DNA of 64,000 bases. Source: Neodothiora populina. Its lineage: Eukaryota. The notes under the pieces were generated by a model. That model did not search any database. It was not told the DNA's origin and saw only the letters and a list, made by a program, of their open reading frames with translations. Made by a program: the position numbers and the translations under genes. Each line of letters starts with the position of its first letter. The stretch's first letter is position 1. This document shows, in pieces, positions 52,491-63,505 of this stretch. Where the stretch lies: positions 1,116,001-1,180,000 of the forward strand of contig NW_027191408.1 of assembly GCF_041146345.1 (NCBI RefSeq), given 5' to 3'.

Positions 52491-55150
52491 TATAAAATCA
52501 ATTCCAAATACGACCCAACAACCGGCAGAACCTCTCTATTGTCGAGGGACGACGTCAACCATATACGCGTGACGAGTGGACCTCTATGTGCGGCCGAAAT
52601 GCAGCTGAATTATTTCATAGTAGCCGCATCTCTGTAGCAGTATGCAACATGAAAGTATGATTTAGAAACAATCGCTTTGACCAAGAATCGCTTCACCGGC
52701 CCGACATGCGCTAATCAACCTAGTCTTGCAAGCGCTAAAGACTTAGAACATGAGGTAAATTCAACTACCAGGTCTACCAGTCTATCAGGTCGTCTTCTTG
52801 GTCGTGGTAGATATCGCGAAGTTGACTATCACTGACTTTTTCTCCCTAGCAGAGTCCTGAAGCATCTTGATTCGCGGTTATCCTCATGTCAAACACAAAT
52901 CTCACAAATGCCACGAACATCGCTTTTGACTACTACTGTGGCGAACAACAGAAAAGTTAAGGCGTTATAAGTCGGGAGGTGTTGTGTGTACAATCTCGAC
53001 GCACAAGCCTGTGTGATATGCGTATCTTGCATATATCATTTATGCGAACGGGTGTGGGAAGAGGGCCATGCGGTACGCACGGTGGACATGTATCAGAAAG
53101 ACTACATTGCTTATAGCCACATAATGTCGTAAACTGCATATACTAAGGTTTCGACTGGCCTTGATCACGACGTCGTAGAACAACTTATGCATGGCTTGAT
53201 CAAGAACATGGAATACTGTACCCAGAATGCAAATGGGCATGTTACCTCCCGTATAGCTTAGATCGTAGAACTGTGGTCGGTAGACTAATCGCTTCAGTGT
53301 AGCCTATAGGCTCCAGATATGTCCTGAAGGTCAAGAGCAATGGTAGTTTCCATAGAAGATGCCCACAAGCTGTTTGGAAAGTCGGATGGCGGGTATTGAT
53401 GCGGACCTCTGGCTCCAGCCTCGTAGTCGGCTACTTGGTGTCGTTGCGCTGAGAAGACACTGAAATCTTTCTCCGACGTTGTATCGACTTGGCTTTGACA
53501 CGGAGTCGGTAGACTTCACTGTTCCACTAGACTGGCGCTACATGTCGCGACGTATTGGATATCCACCAGAGCTAGCCAATAACATACCATCAGTCGTAAG
53601 TCGGTGGTTATTGGCTCCTGTAACACCGTCCGGCATAATAAGCAAAGATATCGGAATATCTGCACTGTTTTTCGGCATTCATGTAGACTCCTGAAGTCAT
53701 ATGACCGATATGCCTCAGATTTCGAGGATATAACACAAGATGGGAAATGCCTTGATTTCAACGGTCCACAAACTCTTCGAGCGAGTCACAAGGATTACCG
53801 CGTTAGGTAAATGGAAAACAAAGCAACACCAGGCTATTGTAAGATAAGGAGCTTGCGTGAGAAGGCGAGTAGCATTGACACAGGCAAAGTGAAGACTAGA
53901 GTGAGAAGCTTAGAGATCGGGAGAGAAGGTTCACTGTCGACCACCTGCACCCTTCGTGGAGGAACTATGACGTGACTCCTTGGACATTGCTACATCCGAC
54001 CATGAGATGGAAAAGACAACAAATATCGGCGACTAACAAGCCGGGTGTTGATGAGCGCCGTGCGATGATATGTGGTACGCTACGAGTATTGCGATGCAGT
54101 TACTGATCTTCTTCCACATGACCTGGAGGGACACTAGCCGTTTCACAGAAGGCAAACCTGAAAGTGTGCAGACCGTTGCAAACCGCACGGGAATAGGAAG
54201 TACCCAAGAGTTTATTGGTGCCACGAAGATGGCGACGGCGAGAATAGCGAGGTTGAGACAGATTTGTGCAGGTAGCGTGATCGAAGAAGGCGTCTCCCGA
54301 AAAGCACCAGCATTATGATACAGACAACAGTGAACTTGCCGAGGAAGGAACGCCTGCACAGCGCTTTCTCGACAATGCATCTTGTTCTATCCAGTAATAC
54401 TGTTAGACGCATGTGTCCATATGACGAGGGCGGCGCAATGACGGTCCGCATTGGTATGGTTGTTTGGAAGATGAGGCATCCAATTTCGCTATCGATGGAG
54501 GATCGGACTTGTGAGTGCTTATCAGGGCGTGGGATATCGGACTTCCTAGCGCTCCAGCTGAAATCACCGCATCAGCGACGACCTCACAGATCGTGGGGTG
54601 CAAGGGGGTCATCTAGCTTTTTCTCCATCTCTCGTCCGCGACGAAGTAAAATTAGTATTCTAGGCATACATGCACATGTCACGAAAGGCTGATACCATTC
54701 GGTGTCAGCGCCAGCTCTTTCTGGAAACAATGTCCTTGTCCGATTGAGCCAAGATCAAGCGTGGTCCGGCATATGATCACAAAGCGTAAGCAACCCACCG
54801 CATGCATAAGACCGACCTTAGTATTCGGTGCCGAAGGCAGCCGACATATCGTGAATACCAAGCTTTTTACATTTACACTAGCTTCGCCTCCTGCGAACGT
54901 CGCCAACGTGAACCACATGTTGCTTGTAGTCCAACCAGAATCTGAGGAATCCGTGGTCTGTACGTTGCTGCGCTGTCTAGCTGATACGGCGTATGTCTTC
55001 CCTGAAACCATGATCACGAGCACAAAATGAGGGTACTTGGTGACCTGCATCCTCGTCTTCAATGATCTTCAACGAATGTGCCGGCGTCCTGCATTGCATA
55101 CAAATTGCCCTACGCCTTTTTCTTCTACTCGTAACGAAATGCAGATCACC
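52491..55150 (+). ncRNA. Candidate structured long non-coding RNA block 3 (boundaries approximate)
   Basis: TATAAA 52491, no credible ORF, stems such as perfect 10 bp 53574-53583/53607-53616 and hairpin 54688-54709. Not computationally folded. Confidence 0.3.
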
Positions 55151-55422
55151 TCGAGTAGGCTCAAGGCGACTCATCTACAATTATCAATGATAGTGCATAC
55201 ATATCTCTGAAGTCGAACATTTAAACGCGACATCTTCCCAGTTCAGTGTCTTGACCCCGTGCATCTTCTCCTGACTATCGTAAGTACGAGAACCCCTCTC
55301 TGGTCTGTCATTGTCACCAGATCCGCTTCCAAATCTGCACACAGGCCCTTAAGGATTATGCCTATGCCAAAGGTCGTGAACAACTCAATCAATAACTTGT
55401 CAACATATGAAACTTCAATAGC

Positions 55423-56180
55423 ATGGCTTCACGCATAACCCACGTTGCGGACGAGGAATCCAATATACAAAACATCACCTTACTCGTAAACGAATTTGGA
55501 CCTGCAAAGGCACTGCAAGTCAGCAATTCCTTGTTCAGCGTTGGTCAAGCCTGTGTCCAACAAATTTGCCAGTCGCACCAACAGAACCTCGCGGTGCTAC
55601 GGTATCAGGATATGTCGCCGAGTAAGTTGACCTACCTTTTGTGTGTTCACTCTGTAGACTTACATCGAGAGCAGATGGGGACCAACATTCGAGGAGGCAC
55701 AGACCGCGTGGCTCACGATACAGACCGGGATCAAAGACGTGAGTTCCAGCAATGCTTGCCTCATATCTTACAGCTGGGAGCTAACACTATAACAGCCCTA
55801 CAAGAAATGCTGTAGCAGGCGTGGCGGAATTTTGTAGAGTTCCAGGATGCCAGACCCGAGTCGCATATAAAACTCCCCGGGGTTATAGAGAACACCTCAT
55901 CTTGAGGCACAACGAGCCCTACATTTCTGCTGTTGCAGCAGCAAAAGCGGTATTCTCTCGAGATAGGCATTCTCGGTCTGAAGGATCCATCAACGACTAC
56001 GTCTCAGGGGATGAATCCTATACGTCCCCTGCCGGAACAAACCAGCCTGACACCGACAACACAATGACCATGTGTGGCTACGGAACAACTCCTATGCGTG
56101 ATTCGATCTTTTCATTCGACTTCGACGATGGGCATGGACAAGTCCACGACGAGTTTAGTCTCTCAGCAATACGCAATTGA
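55423..56180 (+). CDS. Orphan single C2H2 zinc-finger protein C, ~215 aa; exons 55423-55621, 55675-55738, 55796-56180
   Basis: Introns 55622-55674 (GTAAGT..CAG) and 55739-55795 (GTGAGT..GCTAAC..CAG) give one open frame; basic exon 2 (HSRRHRPRGSRYRPGSK); finger CRVPGCQTRVAYKTPRGYREHLILRH (55833 onward); acidic/aromatic tail. Confidence 0.75.
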
Positions 56181-56715
56181 TCGGACCCGAGCGAGCAGGC
56201 CCGGTTCCCCTTTTTGTCGTTTGTTATTGCTTAGTTCATTCTTTGCTTGTCTCATTATTTGATTGTCTTATTATTCACTTGTCTCATTATTTGCTTGTCT
56301 TTGTGCAGGACTTAGCGGGTTTTCGGCTTTTTGCATCGATACCAGTTTCGTTTATGGATATACTGTACCTAATTGCATTCGTATTGACATACAATTTGAA
56401 CACATTATTCTTCACATAGGGCTTGCATGCGCTCTAGGAAATCGAAGTTCGCACCCGCTTGGTTTAGTGTTGCAGTCGAGGCGCTTGATGCAGCTCGGCG
56501 CTCTTGAAGCGGTCCTAAAAATCGGGCAACTTAGTCGAATGAAGTAGACAGTTCCACAAGCCATTCTCGGACATATTAGCAATGAATAATCTTGGACATT
56601 AACTATTATACCTCTCTTCTGATATGTACGACTAACGACATTTATAACACACAAGAGCGCATCCATAACTCCAGAAGCGCCATCGATACCCAAATCCCAC
56701 GAAACCACTTTCACC

Positions 56716-58547
56716 TCAGAAAACACTTTCCTTACTCCAATAACTGCTCGCTCTAATGCGACGGCCAAAGATATAAAACAAATACGGGATGGGAATCAGT
56801 GCGATCGAAAAAAAGGCGAAAATGGATATTCCCCAAGGGATGCCGACGTTATGCAACAACGGGTTGATAAAGAGCGGGAAGGCACCGGCCAAAGCAGATC
56901 GCAAGAAGGTGTTTGCGGCGACAGCACTAGCCGCGTAGCGCTGGAAGGTGTCGATGAGGTAATTGAGAGCAGCCTGGAAGATAGTGAAGAAACCGAGACC
57001 AATCAGCACAGCTCCGATGCAGGGCGCGATCCAGTGGATGTGAGCCGGAGACGTCCACGCGAAGATGAACAGTCCGGCGCAGAAGCTGACGCTGCCGAAC
57101 ATCATGGGTGGAAGTCTGGCTTCGGGAACTGGACGGTTGCCGGCCGCCTTGAAGCGTTTGATGTAGAACTTCTGGTTCATGATGTTGGCGCACGCACCTA
57201 TCATAATGCCCAGAAGTAGGGCTAAGAAGGGCAGAGCGCCGATTAACTCGTTCCAGCCTCGTGTTTCCTGGAACTCGACGGGGAACGCAGCGAGAGTGGC
57301 ATATAGGATGCCGTATACGAAGGATGCATAGAGTGCCACTAGGAAACAGATTGGAGTGAACAACAGCTGGAAGGGCCGCACGAGATATTTGTTGCAGAGT
57401 TCTCGTAGGGATATGTCCCACTCCTCGTGTTTCGCATGCAAAGCCCAATTGCCAGATTCGTGACGGAGTCTGCGGGCCTTGTAGACTAGTAGAATCGGAG
57501 GGAACGATTCATCCAAGATCAAAATATCGAGGAACAGCATTACCAGCATGTATATGCCAGTGATCTGGGAGAACGATTAGCCTATGATGATATTCAACAT
57601 TTGAGATGAAGAATAACTTACGTATTGAGTCCATCTCCAGCTGACGCCGCTTACGATGATCGCACCGCCGACTATTGGTCCAAGGGTTGGTCCTCCTACT
57701 ACAGCCAATGCGTAGCCCACAATTGCCAGTCCTCGTTGCTCTGCTGCCCAGATGTCTCCTAGCACACCACCAGTATTTGTTACAGGTGCGCTAGCAAATA
57801 AACCCGTGAAGAAGCTGCATCTTGGGTTAGCACCCGTAAGCTCAGTCGCCTTGAGAGTTGGACTCACCGAGTGATGCATATCGACTGGATATCTTTCGAT
57901 GCTCCGGTCGCAAAGGAGAAAATACCAGCGATAAAGTAAGGTATCAAGACTGCTTTCTTGCGTCCGTACACTTCGCTCAATGGTGCCCATAGCAAGGGAC
58001 CCACGCCAAAGCCAAATAGTAAAAGTGCGACTCCAAGAAGGCTCACTTCAGTGCCAACATGGTATTGCGAAGAGATTTCTTTCACAGCAGGACTGTACAC
58101 GCTGGAAGCGAAGGAGGATCCCATAGTCGTAAAGCCATAGAGCGCAGTCGTCCAGAGTTTCTTCTTATATGGCCAATTTATTGGTCGATACGGGTCGTCC
58201 GGACCATCGAAGTCTACCACTACATCCGGCTTGGTCTTTTCATGCGTGAGTGGATGTGAAAACGGCGGTATCGGTCTGCGCGACCTTATCACAGACAATG
58301 CAGTATTCACTCTCTCAAGACCTCGAGTCTCCATACGACTGAGTCGTGATCCTGTTCTCTCGAGGTCTTGTTGCTGAAAATGACTCGATGACGAACGGGA
58401 TCTTAGTCTAGTGTCCGCACTCCTTGACCTCACATAGTCTCCAGCGGATTCGTAATGCTCCAGCGGTTCATATGGTTCGTAAGGCTCACATGGCTCATGA
58501 GGCTCCTCCGCCTTTGGAGCCTTTTCTAGGTCATGTCCTGTGGACAT
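56716..58547 (-). CDS. MFS drug:H+ antiporter (DHA1 family; Tpo1/Flu1-like), ~573 aa; exons 58547-57868, 57814-57622, 57564-56716
   Basis: VVDFDGPDDPYRPINWPYKKK, FGFGVGPLLWAPLSEVYGRK, GPTLGPIVGG..SWRW, LDESFPP, PEARLPPMM, NYLIDTFQRYAASAVAANTFLRS; two canonical introns. Confidence 0.93.
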
Positions 58548-58932
58548 TCGTGGTATGACAGTGGCGGACGAGTTTTATACTAGGTAAAAATCCATATGCG
58601 AGTGTCGAGTGATGAGATTTACAATGGATATTAGTTTTACAGCTATGGTGCATCCTTCCGATGTGGCCGTGCCAGTTTTAATACATTGAATTGAACTCGC
58701 CGGCAATTGATGACGATGACGTTGAAGTCCTTTGTTCGGACCGGCTTCGGGAATAACGACGATCAGATTGCCGAAACTGCCGAAAGCGGACCAAGTGGCT
58801 GGTAGGGGATACTTCTGTACAGTACATCATACGGAGACAGTACAGTAATATGCCTTACCTTCGTACAGCATCTTGTGATTGTCCAGGATACTGAGACTTT
58901 GAATCACAGTAATTACAAACCGACCGCGGACA

Positions 58933-60337
58933 ATGTCTCTTGGACGTCGGAGTGATGCGATGCCGCTGTTTGTATTTATCCTCAAACTGCTGGGACTTGC
59001 AGCCTCGACACAAGCCATATGCCTCATGTACCTAACTGGGTAAACCAATATCGCATCCTCCTGATCTCCCGAGTACTGAGCAATTCCCAGCCAGCATCAA
59101 GTCGTCCCGGAAAAGCGTATGGTGCAGGACGTAAGTCACGTCGTGCTAGCTTTCATGCAATCCGAGACCTTCAATGTGATCAATCAAGACAACTGGCCAT
59201 TATTCACGAATGTTGAAGCTACTCGGCAAGCTTTTGCAGAAGGCACCAAGATTATGATCGCGATTGGGGGCTGGGGTGATACCACAGGATTCGAGAAAGC
59301 TGCCACCAATGAGAAAACTCGTGCAATTTTTGCGGCCAATGTAAAAGCAATGATAGCAGCCACAGGCGCTGATGGTAACTTTGACATAAGCGAAGGTTTT
59401 GATAAGGGCTGATCCTTGCAGGTGTTGATATAGATTGGGAATATCCTGGGTGAGTCTCTTGCAGGACAGGTTGTATACTGAAGATTAATTCAATCGTGCC
59501 AGCGGAAATGGTGAAGATTACAAAAAATTGCCTAACACGGAGAAGGCTTGGGAGATAGATGCGTACGTTGGTCTGCTGGCTACTCTTCGTGAAGAATTGG
59601 GATCTCACATCTTGATCTCGGCGGCTGTTCCTGGTCTAGTCAGAGACATGATAGCTTTCACCGAGGCGAATGTGCCCAGGATCGCACTTTATGTCGACTT
59701 CTTGAACATCATGACATATGATTTGATGAACAGGAGAGACAATATTACAAAACACCATGCTGGTATAACTGCCTCTCTGCAAGCAATCGATGCGTACCTG
59801 AGCAGAGGCTTACCGTCAAGGAAGGCAAATCTTGGCTTCGCTTTCTATATAAAGTGGTTCAAAACAGATCCTGCAGCGCAGTGCCAGATGAGTCCGATTG
59901 GCTGTCATACCGCTTTGCTGGAGGATCCAAGGACCGGAGCCGATCTTGGAAGAGCGGGAGCATTTTCATGGCATGACGAAGTACCCGCCGATTTGTCAAC
60001 TTCATTTCAGCGAGCCATGAAAGATGGCAAGTATGACAATGAAGGTGGTGGGCGGTATTTTTGGGATTCAGAAAAGAACATTTTCTGGTCGTGGGAGACG
60101 CCAGAATCTATCTCTGCCAAGTATGATGAAGTCGCTGTGAAGAAGGACCTCGGTGGTACGTTCGCTTGGGGTTTGGGTGAAGATGCCCCTCATTGGGCCC
60201 ATTTTAGAGCTCTTGCGTCTAAGGTTGAGAAGAGCTATGGGCGACATGAGGAGCCTCCCGTTGAAAAAATATGGACATCAGCTCTCCCCGAAAAGGACTC
60301 CCGCTCCCATAAAATGCCAGACAAAGATGAGCTTTAA
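58933..60337 (+). CDS. GH18 chitinase (group A-like) with C-terminal KDEL, ~417 aa; exons 58933-59039, 59091-59374, 59422-59449, 59503-60337
   Basis: MYLTGQH..VP, KIMIAIGGWG, intact catalytic DGVDIDWEYPG (on a 28-nt micro-exon), FLNIMTYDLMNRRD, LGGTFAWGLGED; ends ...PDKDEL*. Alternative in-frame ATG at 58960. Confidence 0.92.
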
Positions 60338-62097
60338 GTATTGATTGTATACGATGTTCTCGCGAGGAAGAACGATACGACATCATTCTGCCATGTAGAC
60401 TCACATCGTTGTAGGAATCAGAAGTTCCTTGATAGGGCATGTTCTGGCGCATCGTCAATGTATGAGTGACACTAGTATTTTGTGTAAGGTAGTGATTACT
60501 ATTCCTTGCACACATAAATATGATGCAGTTGATTGTGACGGCATTTACCGCCAGAAAGTCATGTAGACCTTGCTTTCGCAGTCGAGATGCCAACATCAAT
60601 AGCCAGACGAGTCAACACAGGCTACTGCACATTGGAAACAGGTGGGCCTGTTCTCCACTAATGGCCGGCGGTTCACTTGAAGGCTTGCGTATGGAGCAAA
60701 TCGTCCATGGACACTACGTTCATTTCGCGGACTATGAGGTTTTCTCCAGCTTTATACTAGTCAGCGCTTGGTGGTTGAGGGTCCATCTCGAAAAAGTGTC
60801 TTCCACTGCCCTGTGCTGTTGGACATGATTCTCTCTCTACATTCAGTCATCATTAAGTCATCAGAACGCCCCACAATGTGAACAAAGTTAAAGAAAAAGG
60901 TTAATGTTCTTTTATGCATGATTTGAATATTCCCGCTCCTCGATTTTGGCGCTTCTGCATCATGTGCAAGGCTGTGGGAATACAGCAGGTGTTGTCGTTG
61001 AGAGCATTGGACAGAGTCTTGTAGGAAATAGATGGACTTGGAGAACCCGAGGTGCATTTCGCACGTCCCGTCCCCTTGCTTCCTGAGCCACGCCGTCCGT
61101 ACCGGCCGACAGGGAACAGGGTGCGGCACAAATAACTCAAAGTGCTGATCCCAAATGATCTGGGCCCTTGTGACACAGTGTAGCGCCATACTATAAGTGA
61201 TTATCTACTCTTTACCAGGAACTGCTTGCGAAAGGTCGCAGTGTATGTTGAGGGGCAGCTCGGCTTTTCTAAGTTCACGCTTCTGACAAAGGACCATGAC
61301 CGCATTGATTCCTCGACGCCAGCGCCAGATGATCAGATACAGGAGATATCTCGGGAAGTGTAAGAAGTCGCGCCACGCCGCTTGCTGGTTTCTGTCATGC
61401 TTGAGTTTGTTTCATGCTCAGTGGCTGAAGGTTGAGGAAGCTTTTCGCTATAACAGTGGAGGGAAGGCTTTTCTACGACGTTATTGTACACTACATCCAT
61501 TGCGCAGGTTCGCTACGGTGTTGTTCCGGCATGCTTTTTTGATAGAGATACAAATATGTAGAGGATCAACAAACCCCCAATCGGAGATCGGAGAGTTTAC
61601 AGTTCACGATTCTGTATAGGCAATGTGTAGCGTAGAGTCTGGGGAGGAGTGAGTTCATTCTATGGTCCACTCGCTCATGATGTCCAAAAACTGACTGAAC
61701 ATCAATAAGCCCGACAACGGACTAACGTCAGCCACATCGCGGACATGTTTGGAAGAGCAAGAAAGGGGCAGGAACGTGGAGATCACTCCGCCGCTCTACT
61801 ATCACGTACATAGCAACGAATTACAAGGCTTTTCCTACCGTAAGTAAGTGTCCAAGCAGCGTGGACAGGAGTTGGTGTCTTTCTAGAACGAACTGAAGAA
61901 CTCCCACGTTTTCATCATTTTTCGCTGTCGGACCGGGTGACCTCGAGACGATTGACTTGAGGCCTCAGCTTCACGAATTATTGTGCAAGAGCAGAACTAG
62001 GCGCTTTCGGCTTTGAGGCAGCCTGCCTGAAAGATTGATTTATGTACAAGCACGCTTGCCATCTAGCGCCTATGTCGGTATTAGATTTTCTATATCA

Positions 62098-63505
62098 TTA
62101 TGCGCCCGCCCGATACAAGCCAGCTAGTTCGGGGTAGGTTTGTGAGAATACAGTGCCCAGTGACCAGTTGTCGAGATTTCTCAGATGGTGTTCAAAGGCC
62201 GAGCTGATCACCACTTCTCCGGAGACAGGGTCTGTTGTTGTCGCATGGTCCAAATCGTGCGGCCAATTCACCGATAATCCAGCGAAATAAGGCATGGAGA
62301 ATTCTTCCTGTAGAAATCGTGTAGAATGCCCAATGAGGAAGTTGCGCACTTGTGGCCAGGGTATATGATCTATCCAAGGGGGATGGGCTGTGACCATCTG
62401 TAGATTGGTAGGGCGGGCCCAGTCTGGCAAAGCTTCATAATTTTCTCGACTTGGAAATATGACAAACTTGCATCGAGGTTAGCATGAACGCAGACTAACG
62501 CTTCATAAGCAGACTTACTCTCAAAGTAAGATGTGTGAACCACACAAAAGCCACCTGCTCAGGTATCCGATGGAAAATCTGTACTTTGGCCATCACCTCT
62601 GTGAGCATCTGGGTCACTGGGTGCTGCGCCTTTGGGCCCGCTCCTAGTCCCAGAGATGGTAGCATGCTCATGGGTGGAACCCTGTTGCCTAGTACCAGAT
62701 CCTCGGGCTCTCCATTTTTGAGCAGTGTCTGTCTAGAATTCGTGAAAATGGTGATAATGCTGTCCATCGGACATGTCGGAGCCGAGTTCTTCGGCACTAG
62801 GTTGGGCAGATCGGACCATGAATAAACAGAATTGGGGCTTCCATAGGCAGAACCCTCTGTACCACAGCCAGGACTGCTGTGTGAGTCGATGCGAGTTGTA
62901 CTGCGATGATTCCATGACGGTATCAAGACTGCTTCGTGAGGACCCGGAGAAACGGAAGCAGGAGAAATTTGTCTCTGATAACGAATCGACAGATGGTCCG
63001 AACGATTCGATGGTCCACGTGATACCATGGAGTCGGATGCCTGAGGTGATTGCAGCTGAAGAGGTCGACTGATCTGATAAAAACTAATGCCAGAGTCCAC
63101 AGGCAAGCCGCTCGGTGAATTTGCTTGTGATTCGTCGGTGCCAATAAGTCGAGAGACTGACGCCAGTCGCGCCCGAGCAGCTTCTAATTGGGCATAGGTG
63201 GACTCGAGTCGCTCACGGAGCTCCATGGCTTCCCTCCGCGCAACATCGCGCTCCTCTTGGGCTTGATTTATGATCTGCTCATATCTGGCTGCAGCAGCTT
63301 GACTTTCCGCAAGACGGGTCTCTGCTTCATCAATTCGCCGTCGGGTACGTTCACGACTCAATCGCTGAGCTTCTCTGTCCTGATCACGTTTTCGAGCAAT
63401 CTGATCAGGTGTTCGCTCTGGTCTCCGCCGCTTCACGTTTTCAGTCGAAGCACTCCTAGATTGCTGCATATTAGATGGGCTTCCACCAAGTGCTGTGGTA
63501 CTCAT
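62098..63505 (-). CDS. bZIP-type transcription factor with C-terminal DUF3425-like domain, ~451 aa; exons 63505-62519, 62466-62098
   Basis: Basic region QIARKRDQDREAQRLSRERTRRRI followed by a coiled coil; VPKNSAPTCPMDSI, NYEALPDWARPTNLQ..AHPPWIDHIPWPQVRN, LSVNWP, AFEHHLRNLDNWSL; intron 62518-62467. Confidence 0.88.

Noticed and set aside
53386..53810. Stop-interrupted protein-like reading (MAGIDADLWLQ...LYRLGFDTESVDFTVPLDWRY...) as a pseudogene
   Set aside because: No recognisable family and frequent stops; the segment is at least as well explained by nested inverted repeats.
43067..55150. Plus-strand G-U wobble bias as proof of the transcribed strand
   Set aside because: I scanned only the + strand for G-U pairs, so the bias may be an ascertainment artefact. 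Strand calls rest on TATA orientation only.
43000..56400. Transposon, Starship or RIP-mutated repeat origin of the island
   Set aside because: No transposase, RT or tyrosine-recombinase motifs, no terminal repeats or target-site duplication seen, and no AT-rich RIP-like composition.
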